A stretch of 64,000 nt of DNA from Candidatus Woesebacteria bacterium (GTDB lineage Bacteria; Patescibacteriota; Microgenomatia; UBA8517), in assembly GCA_013426185.1 (NCBI GenBank), contig CP058602.1:724582-788581 (forward strand), given 5' to 3'. Both the position numbers and the translations under genes were made by a program. This document shows, in pieces, positions 46,783-60,328 of this stretch. Numbering within the stretch: position 1 is the first letter of the stretch; every line of letters begins with the position of its first letter. Below the pieces are notes generated by a model that ran no database searches, was not told where the DNA came from, and saw only the letters and a program-made list of their open reading frames with translations.

Positions 46783-47514
46783 ATGCAAGAAGATTTGACA
46801 AGGAAAGAAAGGAGAAGGTTGTTTGAAGAAAAGAAAAAGGGAGAGGCTAGAAAGTCTCTTCTTTTTTCAAAGCTAAGAAAGGCTGCTTCTTGGGGATTGA
46901 TCCTTATTTTGGCTATTTTTTTAGGCGCTAGGTTTTGGAGGTGGCTTAGGACGCCTCCTCCTGATATCTCAAAACTAGTCTCCGAGGTAAAAGCTGAGGA
47001 TTGGGTTAAGGGTGGTAAAGAAGGGAAAATTATTTTGGTTGAATATAGTGATTTTCAATGTCCTTCTTGCGCTAGTTATCAGCCTATAATTGAGGCTCTT
47101 CTTAACGATTTTCCCAATGATTTAAGGTTTGTTTATAGACATTTTCCTCTTGTTGCAATTCACAAAAACGCACTTTCAGCAGCAATGGCCGTTGAGGCTG
47201 CAGGCCTGCAAGGCAAATTTTGGGAGATGCACGATCTCCTTTTTGAGAAGCAAGCCGAATGGAGTCAGAAGTCAGATCCCAAAGATTTCTTTGTGGGCTA
47301 TGCCAAAGAACTTGGTCTTGATGAGAAAGAATTTATTTCTGATTTTGAATCAAAGAGTTTGGATGAGAAATTAAAAAGCAGCCTCAAGGAGGCTGATAGC
47401 CTAGGTCTTTCTTACACCCCCACCTTCTTTCTTGATGGCAGAGAAATTAAACCCCGCAGTTATGAGGAGTTTAAGAAATTGATAGAGGAGGAATTAAAAA
47501 GTAAATCACAATGA
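46783..47514 (+). CDS. DsbA/BdbD-like thiol-disulfide oxidoreductase
   Basis: TM anchor, CPSC active site, GLQGKFWEMHD, TPTFFLDG. Confidence 0.7.
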   Translation: MQEDLTRKERRRLFEEKKKGEARKSLLFSKLRKAASWGLILILAIFLGARFWRWLRTPPPDISKLVSEVKAEDWVKGGKEGKIILVEYSDFQCPSCASYQPIIEALLNDFPNDLRFVYRHFPLVAIHKNALSAAMAVEAAGLQGKFWEMHDLLFEKQAEWSQKSDPKDFFVGYAKELGLDEKEFISDFESKSLDEKLKSSLKEADSLGLSYTPTFFLDGREIKPRSYEEFKKLIEEELKSKSQ

Positions 47515-48062
47515 CACCTGAAGTTGTAATTAAATTTCTTGCACTTTTGACTTTGTTTTCCAACCTCTTTATTGCCTTTTTGATTCTTTTTTTAGTAGTC
47601 TTTTCTTTTTTAAAGGTAAGATATGGGCAAGCTTTATTGTCTTTCTTGAGAGAAAGGTATCTTTTGTTTTCACTTCTTGTTTCGTTGGTAGCAACTGCTG
47701 GGAGCCTATTTTTGTCTGAAATTGCTCATTTTGAGCCTTGCAAGCTTTGTTGGTTCCAGAGAATTTTTATGTATCCACTACCTTTAATTTTGGGAATTTC
47801 AATTTATAAAAGGATAAGAGAGGTCACAAGTTTTGTTCTTCCTTTTTCTTTGATAGGTTCTATTATTGCTCTTTATCATTATTATGTTCAAACCAATCCG
47901 CAAGCTCTGGCCCCATGTTCGATAGTTGGCTTTTCTGTTTCCTGCAGCGAGCGGTTTTTTACTTATTTTGGTTATATAACAATTCCCTGGATGAGCTTTT
48001 CAGCATTTTTTCTGATTTTTGTTTTTATGATTTTGGGAGGTCGGGGTTTGAAAAAACGGTGA
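47511..48062 (+). CDS. disulfide bond formation protein B (BdbC/DsbB family)
   Basis: EPCKLCWFQRIFMYP first periplasmic CxxC loop, second Cys pair CSIVGFSVSC, 4 TM; overlaps upstream DsbA-like gene by 4 nt. Confidence 0.75.
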   Translation: MTPEVVIKFLALLTLFSNLFIAFLILFLVVFSFLKVRYGQALLSFLRERYLLFSLLVSLVATAGSLFLSEIAHFEPCKLCWFQRIFMYPLPLILGISIYKRIREVTSFVLPFSLIGSIIALYHYYVQTNPQALAPCSIVGFSVSCSERFFTYFGYITIPWMSFSAFFLIFVFMILGGRGLKKR

Positions 48063-48121
48063 GTAAATACCAAAGTGTCGCTTCGATACACACCGGGGTG
48101 TGGTGAGGGTAGTTTTTCTTC

Positions 48122-48808
48122 TTGCAATTTATCTTTAAAAAAGGTACAAATAAAGTCTGTATGGAATTTTTGACAAGTATTGTTGAATTTATACTGCACA
48201 TTGACACCCATTTGGGGGAGATTATTGCAAACTATGGTGTTTTAACTCATCTTATTTTATTTTTAATTATTTTTGCTGAAACTGGTTTTGTTTTTACTCC
48301 TTTTCTTCCCGGTGATTCGATTCTTTTTGCCGCAGGGGCCTTTGCTGCTTTAGGATCTTTGCATTTAACCTGGATTCTTTTACTTCTTTTTGTTGCCGCA
48401 GTTTTAGGAGACACTGCTAATTATTGGATTGGCCATTTTTTCGGTCAGAAGATAGTTGATAATCCCAAAATCCCTTTCATAAATCAAAAACATATAGACC
48501 AGACGCAAGAGTTTTATAAAAAGCATGGTGGAAAGACCATTTTTTTGGCTCGTTTTGTTCCCATTGTGCGCACCTTTGCTCCTTTTGTTGCAGGGGTGGG
48601 CAAGATGCATTACGGAAAATTTATAGGCTACAATATTTTTGGCGGTTTTACTTGGGTTTTTGGTTTTACTTTGGCGGGGTATTTTTTTGGCAATATCCCA
48701 CAGGTTAAAGAACACTTTTCTCTGGTTGTTCTCGTGATTATCTTAATCTCTGTTATGCCTATTGTTTTTGAGTTTGCCAAAGCGAAACTTAAAGGCAAAA
48801 AAAATTGA
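48122..48808 (+). CDS. DedA/VTT-domain membrane protein
   Basis: DedA signature FVPIVRTFAPFVAGV and GDSILFAAGA. Confidence 0.8.
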   Translation: MQFIFKKGTNKVCMEFLTSIVEFILHIDTHLGEIIANYGVLTHLILFLIIFAETGFVFTPFLPGDSILFAAGAFAALGSLHLTWILLLLFVAAVLGDTANYWIGHFFGQKIVDNPKIPFINQKHIDQTQEFYKKHGGKTIFLARFVPIVRTFAPFVAGVGKMHYGKFIGYNIFGGFTWVFGFTLAGYFFGNIPQVKEHFSLVVLVIILISVMPIVFEFAKAKLKGKKN

Positions 48809-48945
48809 CTCTATACAATTTGGAATTATTAGTCTATAATGTTTTTGTCTTGAGGAAGAATTACTTCTTGGCGGCTCTCCTTTTGTAAGGCAGATTCCTC
48901 CAAAAGTATTCTCACTGAAAGATATTGTCAAGGGGGTGAGAAATT

Positions 48946-49209
48946 TTGGAAGATAAAAAGAAGCTGTATGTAGGCAATTTGCCTTACTCTGCTAATTCTG
49001 ATGAGTTAAGAAAAGTCTTTAGCGAGTTTGGTGAAGTAGTTGACGCTGTTGTGATTTCGGATAAATATTCCGGGAGATCCAAGGGTTTTGGTTTTGTAAC
49101 CTTTGCAACAGAGGAGGCTGCCAAGAGTGCAGTTGAAAAAATGAATGGTAAGGATATGGGAGGAAGGAATTTGGTTGTTAATGTAGCCCGACCTCCAAAG
49201 GAAAGATAA
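48946..49209 (+). CDS. RRM-type RNA-binding protein
   Basis: RNP2 LYVGNL and RNP1 KGFGFVTF. Confidence 0.8.
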   Translation: MEDKKKLYVGNLPYSANSDELRKVFSEFGEVVDAVVISDKYSGRSKGFGFVTFATEEAAKSAVEKMNGKDMGGRNLVVNVARPPKER

Positions 49210-49217
49210 GTTTGCTA

Positions 49218-49246
49218 TTGACTTAGCATCTTGATGTGGTAGAATA
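49218..49246 (+). promoter_or_regulatory. sigma-70-like promoter TTGACT-16/17-TGgTAGAAT upstream of 16S leader
   Basis: hexamers read directly; transcript would run into terminator at 49333-49356. Confidence 0.35.
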
Positions 49247-49332
49247 TTTTTTGCCACAAGGTTTGTGGTCTTGAAAATGAGAAGTTTTTTATGACCAGAC
49301 GAATCCCTTTGGGGAAATAGAAAACCCACCGT

Positions 49333-49356
49333 CTGGTGGGTTTTTTAGTTTGGTTG
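49333..49356 (+). terminator. rho-independent terminator (CCCACC-GTCT-GGTGGG + T6)
   Basis: perfect 6-bp GC stem followed by TTTTTT. Confidence 0.7.
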
Positions 49357-49557
49357 CACTTTGAAAATTAAAGATTTCAACGTTCAAATTATGACTGGGA
49401 GACCTGCAAAGCAGGCACAAGCTTTTGCTTGTGAGGAAGACGAGTATACTGCAAGTCAAAGCAAGTATACCTCCGTCACTTTTTGAGGGTTTGATCCTGG
49501 CCCAGGGTGAACGCTAGCGGCGTGCCTTAAGCATGCAAGTGGGACGGTCCGCAGGAC

Positions 49558-50008
49558 CGAACAGTTAACTGTTAACAATTAACAAATTAACCAATTAAGA
49601 ATAAAATAAGCTGTGGAAACTTTTAGGTTTTTGAATTTTAAAGTTTACGAAGATAGTAAATCTTTTTACAAGAAATGTATTTTGTTGACTAGAAGCTTTA
49701 AGAGGGATTACTGGGAGCTTAAAGACCAACTTTTGAGAGCTGCTCTTTCAGTTTGTCTTAATATAGCCGAAGGTTCAGCAAAATATTCAGATAAAGATTT
49801 TAAACGATTTTTAGAGAATTCTTTGGGATCAATTAATGAGTGTTTAGCTTGTTTAGATATTGCTTTGGAAAATAGAATAATTTCTAAGATTGAATTCACT
49901 AGACTTCAGAAAGAAGCAGAGTCAATTGCAAAGCAACTAGGAGGTTTGATAAAGAAACTCCGCAATTCTTCTTAGTTGTTAATTTTGTTAAATTGTTAAT
50001 TTGTTAAA
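49558..50008 (+). other. 16S helix-6 intervening sequence carrying an ORF, closed by a long AT-rich stem
   Basis: rRNA stem TCCGCAGGACCG / GGTTCTGTCCTGCGGA flanks the insertion; extended complementary arms gaacagttaactgttaacaattaacaaattaacc / ggttaatttgttaattgttaac... Confidence 0.7.
49613..49975 (+). CDS. four-helix-bundle protein (rRNA intervening-sequence protein / Avd-like) encoded inside the 16S intervening sequence
   Basis: family signature ...LRAALSVCLNIAEGSAKYS...; paralog of 15910..16284. Confidence 0.7.
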   Translation: METFRFLNFKVYEDSKSFYKKCILLTRSFKRDYWELKDQLLRAALSVCLNIAEGSAKYSDKDFKRFLENSLGSINECLACLDIALENRIISKIEFTRLQKEAESIAKQLGGLIKKLRNSS

Positions 50009-50869
50009 GGTTCTGTCCTGCGGATAGTCGCGAACGGCTGAGTAACATGTAAGAACCTACCCAGAGGTGGGGAATACCCCCGCGAAAGCGGGGCTAATAC
50101 CGCATACGCTGCGTAGCAGCGAACTTTCAACACGCTCACACTGTGAGCTTCCAACAAACAAAAGACAACTTAATATTAGAGTTGTAAGTTGATTGTTGTT
50201 AGTTGAAGGTTGGCTGCTACGCAGCAAAGGGCGTAACTGCCCGCCTGTGGAGGGGCTTGCACACCATCAGCTAGTTGGTAGGGTAATGGCCTACCAAGGC
50301 TACGACGGTTAGGGGAGATGAGAGTCTGTTCCCCCAGAATGGGACTGAGACACGGCCCATACACCTACGGGTGGCAGCAACTGGGAATCGTGCGCAATGG
50401 GCGAAAGCCTGACGCCGCGACGCCGCGTGTGGGATGAAGGCCTTAGGGTTGTAAACCACTTTTGCCAAGTACCATACGGCACTTGGCGAATAAGCACCCG
50501 CTAACTACGTGCCAGCAGCTGCGGTAATACGTAGGGTGCGAGCGTTACCCGGATTTATTGGGCGTAAAGAGTACGTAGGCGTTCTGGTAAGTCACATTTT
50601 AAAGACTGAGGCTCAACCTCAGGAGTGGATGTGATACTGCCAGAATCGAAGAACTTAGGGGCTACTGGAACTTATCATGTAGGGGTGAAATCCGTTGATA
50701 TGATAAGGAACGCCAAGGGTGAAGACAGGTAGCTGGGAGTTTCTTGACGCTGAGGTACGAAAGCTAGGGGAGCGAAAGGGATTAGAGACCCCTGTAGTCC
50801 TAGCCGTAAACTTATGCTCGCTAGCCCTGTGCCATATGGCGCGGGGTGTAAGCTAACGCGTTAAGCGAG

Positions 50870-50919
<50 letters not shown>

Positions 50920-51395
50920 ACCTGCACAACCAGTGGAGCATGTGGTTTAATTCGAGACGAACCGAAGAACCTTACCCGGGTTTGACATTCTACCGTTTTA
51001 GTTTTCCAGAAATGGAGAGCGATCCTTAAGAAATTAAGGAAGGTAGAACAGGTGTTGCATGGCTGTCGTCAGCTCGTGCCGTAGGGTGTTCCCTTCAGTG
51101 GGGTAACGAGCGCAACCCCTGTCCTGTGTTAAATGTTCACAGGAGACTACCCTCCATTCGGAGGGGGGAAGTGGGGACGACGTCAAGTCAGCATGGCCCT
51201 TATGTCCGGGGCGACACACATGCTACAATGGAGCCTAACAATGGGTTGCCAAGCGGTAACGCGGAGCTAATCCCATCAAACGGCTTCTCAGTGGGGATTG
51301 AGGGCTGAAACCCGCCCTCATGAACGCGGAATTGGTAGTAATCGGAGATCAGCCAAGCTCCGGTGAATACGTTCTCAGGTCTTGTACACACCGCC

Positions 51396-52266
51396 AAAAG
51401 ATGCGCGCGTGGCAGTCATATATTCTAGTAAGTTAAAATCTTACCTTTCCTTGATGGTTTACCTTATCATCTTGGAATGTAGCCAAAAAAAAGTGGCAGT
51501 CCTATTGCAAAGTGAGAGCTTTGCTTTTACGGGTAACCGGTAGGACGGAGGGCCTGAGGCAAATGGCAGGGACAACACAAAAATGCTTGGCGACTTCTGC
51601 TGGGCGGTCAGAAGGAAGTCGATTTAAAAGCAGTTGTTCATGCCGGGAACAGAATATATGATGACCCATGGAGATCCTAGAAGGAACGAAGTAATTGCCT
51701 TTTAGGAAGTCAGCATTTCCATAGTAGATAATTGACAGTATACGGAAAATATTCGTATACTTGAATTATCGAAGGGAAATACGTAATGCTTCCAGCTTCA
51801 TATGTTGTTGGACTGACATAAGGCGAGGGATGTTTCCTAGTATCTATTCGAGCTGATAACAGAATCGATTTACGATTTTTTATTGCTCAAGCTGAAGGAA
51901 ATAAACCTCTGCTTTTGATGGTTCAGCAGTTTTTCAAAGTAGGGACTGTTTATCAAAAGAGTGCTAGACGCACTGGTCGTCTTCCCGCTTGGGTATTTGA
52001 AGTCACAAAAAGGGATGATATTTACAATGTCATAATACCTTTTTTCAAACGACATAAACTTTTAGGCTACAAAGCGAAAAGTTTTGATGCTTTTTGCCAA
52101 ATAGCCGAGATGGTTAAGGGAAGGCAGGATGTGCGCAAGCTCTCTAAAGAAGAACTCTCTTTTATTAGGAAGTTGAAGCTGGGGATGAATAAACATTACG
52201 GCTCGCTAAGTGCGGGAAAGCCGCTCGCTTAGTGGGAACGCACGATAACTTCGATGAAGTGCAATC
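51396..52266 (+). other. 871-nt intron-like insertion in 16S at the position equivalent to E. coli about 1400 (between CACACCGCC and CGTCA), containing a degenerate LAGLIDADG ORF
   Basis: flanking exon sequence reconstitutes the universal CCGCCCGTCA decoding-centre sequence; boundaries ambiguous by 1 nt; no canonical group I (U/G) or group II (GUGYG/AY) ends. Confidence 0.55.
51786..52232 (+). pseudogene. LAGLIDADG homing endonuclease remnant with in-frame TAA replacing the acidic codon of the motif (YVVGLT*GEGCF)
   Basis: translation from ATG 51786 read directly; downstream frame continues into ORF 51915..52232. Confidence 0.6.
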
Positions 52267-52541
52267 CGTCAAGTCAGCAAAGTTGGGGGCACCCGAACTC
52301 TCCTTGTTGGAGGGGAAGGTGAAACCAGCGATGAGGATTAAGTCGTAACAAGGTATCCGTCCTGGAAGGGGCGGATGGATCACCTCCTTTCTAAGGAGTG
52401 TAATCTACACCCCAGTTTTAATGTCGCCGTTTATCTGCTTCTTTTGGTTAATAAAAGAGGAAAAAACGGGGCACCTCTCCCAGTCATAATTTGGATGTTG
52501 AAGTTTCCTTTTTTCTCTTTAGGGCTGCTTTTGAAATAAAA

Positions 52542-52591
52542 AAGCCATCCTGGTATTTTATTTTTTTGAAAAATAAAAAGGATGGCTTTGG
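52542..52591 (-). terminator. long hairpin (AAGCCATCC ... GGATGGCTT) with T-run on the minus strand, downstream of the minus-strand ATPase operon
   Basis: 9-bp stem, AT-rich 29-nt loop, TTTTTATTT on minus strand. Confidence 0.45.
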
Positions 52592-52597
52592 TAAAAC

Positions 52598-52783
52598 TTA
52601 ATCCCCAAGAAGAGAAAATATCTTCTTGAAGATTAAAATAGTGGTTGGCCAAAAAGCTATTAAAAGAGCCAACCATGCAACTATAGGAAACAAGACGAGT
52701 AAAACAATTATCTCCATTTTTTCCTCCTTCTTGAATTTAAAAGTGCCTTTTTGAGTTCTAGACAGCTTTTTGTCTAGTCTCAA
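52598..52783 (-). CDS. small membrane protein, downstream operon partner of the VirD4-like ATPase
   Basis: 61-aa ORF with one TM, 3 nt from upstream gene. Confidence 0.3.
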   Translation of the reverse strand: MRLDKKLSRTQKGTFKFKKEEKMEIIVLLVLFPIVAWLALLIAFWPTTILIFKKIFSLLGD

Positions 52784-52786
52784 TGT

Positions 52787-54940
52787 TTAAGAGTAACTTT
52801 TGTCTGCCCACCTTTGTCGGGAGACTTCTATTACTTTTTGCTTGTTTTGATTTTTGGAAAGAGGAAGTGGAAGTGTGTGTGCCAAAAATGGGCGTGATGA
52901 ATGTCCGTCTATCATTAATTTGATAGCAATCTGATAATTTGCAAGATTAACAAGGTCATTTTCGCTAAAAACTTCGGCAAATTCTTTACTTAAGGCTGCA
53001 GCATCTTCTGCACCTGCTGAAAAGGTGATAATAGTTCCAGCATTGCCCAAAATTGCTTTTCTTACATTTTCAGGAATTTGGGCCATATATTGGTTGGCAA
53101 GAGTAAGCGAAAGATTATATTTCCTTATTTCAGAAAGTATTTTGATAAATGAATCTGTGGCAAAGTTTTGGAACTCATCAACAAAAACATAATAAGGAGT
53201 TCTTTGTTCTTGAGGAATATCAACTCTTCTCATTGCCGCAAGCTGAATTTGGGTAATAAGCATTGCTCCAAGAAGGTTTGCATTGTCTTCACCTAGCCTT
53301 CCTTGAGAAAGATTGGCAAGAAGAATTTTGCCTTCGTTGATGATTTTATCTAAAGAAATAGTGCTTTTTGGCCTGCCAATAATTCTTCTAATCATAGGGG
53401 AGGTTACAAACTGTCCAACTTTGTTTTGGATTGGAGCAATAGCCTCTTTTTGCAGGCGATCTGGCATTTTTTCGTATTCTTCTTTCCAAAAGTGGATTAG
53501 TGCTTGGTCGGTTGTTTTCTGCAAGACTTGATTGCGAAAGTTATTGTTAACCAAAATTTTAAGAACATCCTCAAGAGTTGAATTGGGGTAGGTGGCAAGA
53601 GTCATAAAAGAATTTCTCAAGATATATTCCATTCTTGCTGACCACACATTAGCCCAGACTTTGGTAAAGATGCTCATCAATCCCGAGACGACAAGCTCTG
53701 CTTCTTCCTGATTTTTAACCTCAAGAGGGTTGAGAGTAATGGGGAAGTCGCGGTCTGCCGGGTTAAAATAGACAACATCATTTATTCTATGGCTTGGGAT
53801 GTAATCCAAAAGGATCTCACAAGTATCGCCATGTGGATCGATGTAGGCAACACCGCGGTCTTTTTTAAAATCATCAATAATCATATTTGCCATCATTGTT
53901 GATTTACCTGTACCGGTCTTACCAACTGCCCACATATGGCGAACTCTGTCTTTATTTTTGATACCAAAAATGACTTCTTGGTTTCTGAATAAAGTCTTGG
54001 CAAAAAAATTAATTTCTTTTTTGGCTTCTTCATCAGAAGTTGCGATAGGTAAATTATCAGGCGGCTCGTAAAGCACTGAAACACCCCAGCTAATGCCAGT
54101 CGTTTTTATTTTCTCGCTTGGCAAATGCCAAAGCGTTGCCAGTTCTTTGATGTTTAATATTTGATTGTCACGAACAGAACGGTTAATTAGATTTTTTAGA
54201 TTATTTTGTTTTAGAGAAAATATACTTTTTTTCTTTGTTTTGAAAGCATTGCCATCGGCTCTATTGAAAACCCCAAAGGCGCTAATTAATTCTTTTACGG
54301 TTTTTGTTTGGTTTGAAGCGATTCTTATAGAAGTCCTGAAACCTGTGTAAGAAATTTTTTCATTTATTACATTTTTGTCCGATCTTGGAGAGTATGTTCC
54401 GTCCTCGTTTTTTGTCCCTTTTTCTGCAAAAGAGGCGCCTTTTTGTTGCCAAGATGAATCAGTCGCTTCAAGAGCAATTTGAATTAGCGCAAATTCATCA
54501 GGGTCATTTTTAGATAATACTGAAAGGACTGAAGATAAAGGATCTATCTCATTAAAGGATTCAAAAGTAGCAATTGGATAATAACTTCCTTTTTTAAGAA
54601 TAAGAGATGCTATTTGAAGATCTGAAATATTTAACTTGAAAAATTCAGGTTGGCTTAAAATATCTGGTGTTCTTTCTATAATAACAAGCGGATAATTTGA
54701 CTGAAGTTGTGTTTCAATAAAGGGAGCAATGTCCTTGTCACAGGTGATTTGAAACTTTATTTGCTGATTGACAAGCGCTATTTCAAGAGCGAGCGGCTGG
54801 GGAATGGTTCCTGTTAATTTTTCCCAAAAAGAGACAGCGTTAATCTGCGTTAGAGCAGAAAGAAAAGTCTGCGCCGCTTCAGGTGTAACCTCGGTACTCC
54901 TGGGTATTTTTAGGTTTAAAGTTACAAGTTCCAAAGGCAT
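52787..54940 (-). CDS. VirD4/TraD/TraG-like P-loop NTPase, paralog of 5562..7880, inserted between 16S and 23S
   Basis: Walker A GKTGTGKS, YIDPHGD...VYFNPAD, Walker B YVFVDEFQNFAT, TLANQ; no N-terminal TM. Confidence 0.5.
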   Translation of the reverse strand: MPLELVTLNLKIPRSTEVTPEAAQTFLSALTQINAVSFWEKLTGTIPQPLALEIALVNQQIKFQITCDKDIAPFIETQLQSNYPLVIIERTPDILSQPEFFKLNISDLQIASLILKKGSYYPIATFESFNEIDPLSSVLSVLSKNDPDEFALIQIALEATDSSWQQKGASFAEKGTKNEDGTYSPRSDKNVINEKISYTGFRTSIRIASNQTKTVKELISAFGVFNRADGNAFKTKKKSIFSLKQNNLKNLINRSVRDNQILNIKELATLWHLPSEKIKTTGISWGVSVLYEPPDNLPIATSDEEAKKEINFFAKTLFRNQEVIFGIKNKDRVRHMWAVGKTGTGKSTMMANMIIDDFKKDRGVAYIDPHGDTCEILLDYIPSHRINDVVYFNPADRDFPITLNPLEVKNQEEAELVVSGLMSIFTKVWANVWSARMEYILRNSFMTLATYPNSTLEDVLKILVNNNFRNQVLQKTTDQALIHFWKEEYEKMPDRLQKEAIAPIQNKVGQFVTSPMIRRIIGRPKSTISLDKIINEGKILLANLSQGRLGEDNANLLGAMLITQIQLAAMRRVDIPQEQRTPYYVFVDEFQNFATDSFIKILSEIRKYNLSLTLANQYMAQIPENVRKAILGNAGTIITFSAGAEDAAALSKEFAEVFSENDLVNLANYQIAIKLMIDGHSSRPFLAHTLPLPLSKNQNKQKVIEVSRQRWADKSYS

Positions 54941-54991
54941 ACTATTTATTATACCTTAATTTTGGGGTAAGAGTAGGGAGTTTATTTTTGG

Positions 54992-55063
54992 TGGGTGCGC
55001 ATGGAATCGAACCATGTACCTCTTCTTTATCAGAGAAGCGTTCTACCAGTGAACTACGCACCC
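54992..55063 (-). tRNA. tRNA-Ile(GAU), antisense to the rRNA genes
   Basis: acceptor GGGTGCG/CGCACCC, anticodon loop CTGATAA, T-arm CATGG-TTCGATT-CCATG. Confidence 0.85.
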
Positions 55064-55542
55064 TTGGTGACATTTATTTTATGATAAAAAGGCTTGTTAA
55101 GCAAATGGAAGGATAACTTAAAACTTAAAAGTCAAAAGTCAAAAATTAGATTACAGAATACAGATTAGAGAATAAAGAATAAAATTACAAATTCCAAGCT
55201 CCAAATTACAATATACAAACAATATACAAATTCTAAATTCTAATTTCTAAATTCTAAACAATTCTACAATTATCCAATTTTTCAAATCATAAATTAACTC
55301 AAAACTTAAAAATCAAAATTCAAAAGTTGGGATTAGAACAAAGAGAGTAGAAAGTAGGATGTAGTAAGTAGAAAGCAAAAATACAAAATTAAAGACCACA
55401 CCCCTCCTTTCTACTTTCTGCTTACTACTTTCTACTAACTCCCGAATGACTTTGACTAACCTCGCCGTAGGCGAGGACTAACTCTGACTAACTCCGCCAT
55501 AGGCGGAGACCAACTTTGACTAACTTTAACTAAAACCCGCTC
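55064..55542. repeat. mosaic modular repeat region (largest in window) in the 16S-23S gap
   Basis: about 230 nt reverse-complementary to 12040-12250; inverted pair of the GTAGAAAG module (55338-55440); gactaacctcgccgtaggcgaggactaac / gactaactccgccataggcggagacc hairpin pair. Confidence 0.85.
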
Positions 55543-55571
55543 TTGACTAATCTTATGCTTCTTTATATAAT
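55543..55571 (+). promoter_or_regulatory. consensus sigma-70 promoter TTGACT-17-TATAAT driving tRNA-Ala/23S/5S
   Basis: TTGACT 55543-55548, 17-nt spacer, TATAAT 55566-55571. Confidence 0.6.
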
Positions 55572-55698
55572 GACACTTGCCTTTTTGGGCCGGTATTATT
55601 TGTATTTGTTAATGGAAAAAACAGAAAGCTTAACTATAAAATTTCGAAGCCTTTTTGCAGGTTTGTAATTTTTAGAGGTTTTTTCCTTTGAACGTATT

Positions 55699-55726
55699 AC
55701 CGGCTCAAGAAGCCGGTTTTTTTGTT
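55699..55726 (+). terminator. terminator-like hairpin CCGGCT-caagaa-AGCCGG + T7 inside the rRNA leader, followed by GTTGCACTTTGAA motif
   Basis: seen directly; the same motif GGTTGCACTTTGAA follows the terminator before 16S (49350-49364). Confidence 0.4.
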
Positions 55727-55748
55727 GCACTTTGAATATCTTTTGGTT

Positions 55749-55823
55749 TGGGCCTGTAGCTCAGTTGGCTAGAGCGCTACATTTGCAATGTAGAGGTCAG
55801 CGGTTCGAAGCCGCTCAGGTCCA
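55749..55823 (+). tRNA. tRNA-Ala(UGC)
   Basis: acceptor GGGCCTG/CAGGTCC with G3-U70 identity pair, anticodon loop TTTGCAA; one C-C mismatch in T-stem. Confidence 0.8.
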
Positions 55824-55920
55824 CAGGCTCTTTGAAAAGTGAAGAGAATTTTGTCCTATCGCTTTCGTCAAATTAATTTTGGCGGGTAAAGCGAAAGAGA
55901 AAATGGGAAGGCCGTAAAAA

Positions 55921-60055
<4,135 letters not shown>

Positions 60056-60155
60056 TTTTTCCTTTCCTATTTTTCTCTTTCGCTTTGCCAATGGCAAAAT
60101 TCTTTTCACTTTCTCAAGCTTTAGCTTGAGAGTTTAAATTTTAGGTTTGGGCCTT

Positions 60156-60279
60156 TCGGTCTTTAAGAGCTAGGCGGAACCACCTGATCCCATTCCGAAT
60201 TCAGAAGTGAAACGCCTAAGCGCCGACGATAGTTGTCCGGCAACGGACCGCGAAAATAGGCCAAGGCCGAAAGACCCAA
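60156..60279 (+). rRNA. rrf: 5S rRNA
   Basis: CCACCTGATCCCATTCCGAATTCAGAAGTGAAACG core and closing helix GGTCTTT/AAAGACC; ends approximate. Confidence 0.65.
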
Positions 60280-60328
60280 GCCTAAAAAACAAAAAAAGGA
60301 GGAAGCTAAAATAAGCTTTAAAATAAAA

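Noticed and set aside
51396-52266. calling the 16S insertion a canonical group I intron
   Set aside because: Neither possible 5' exon end (..CCGCC or ..CCGC) terminates in U, and the insertion does not end in G. The intron class is left open, though a LAGLIDADG remnant argues for a group I-derived element.
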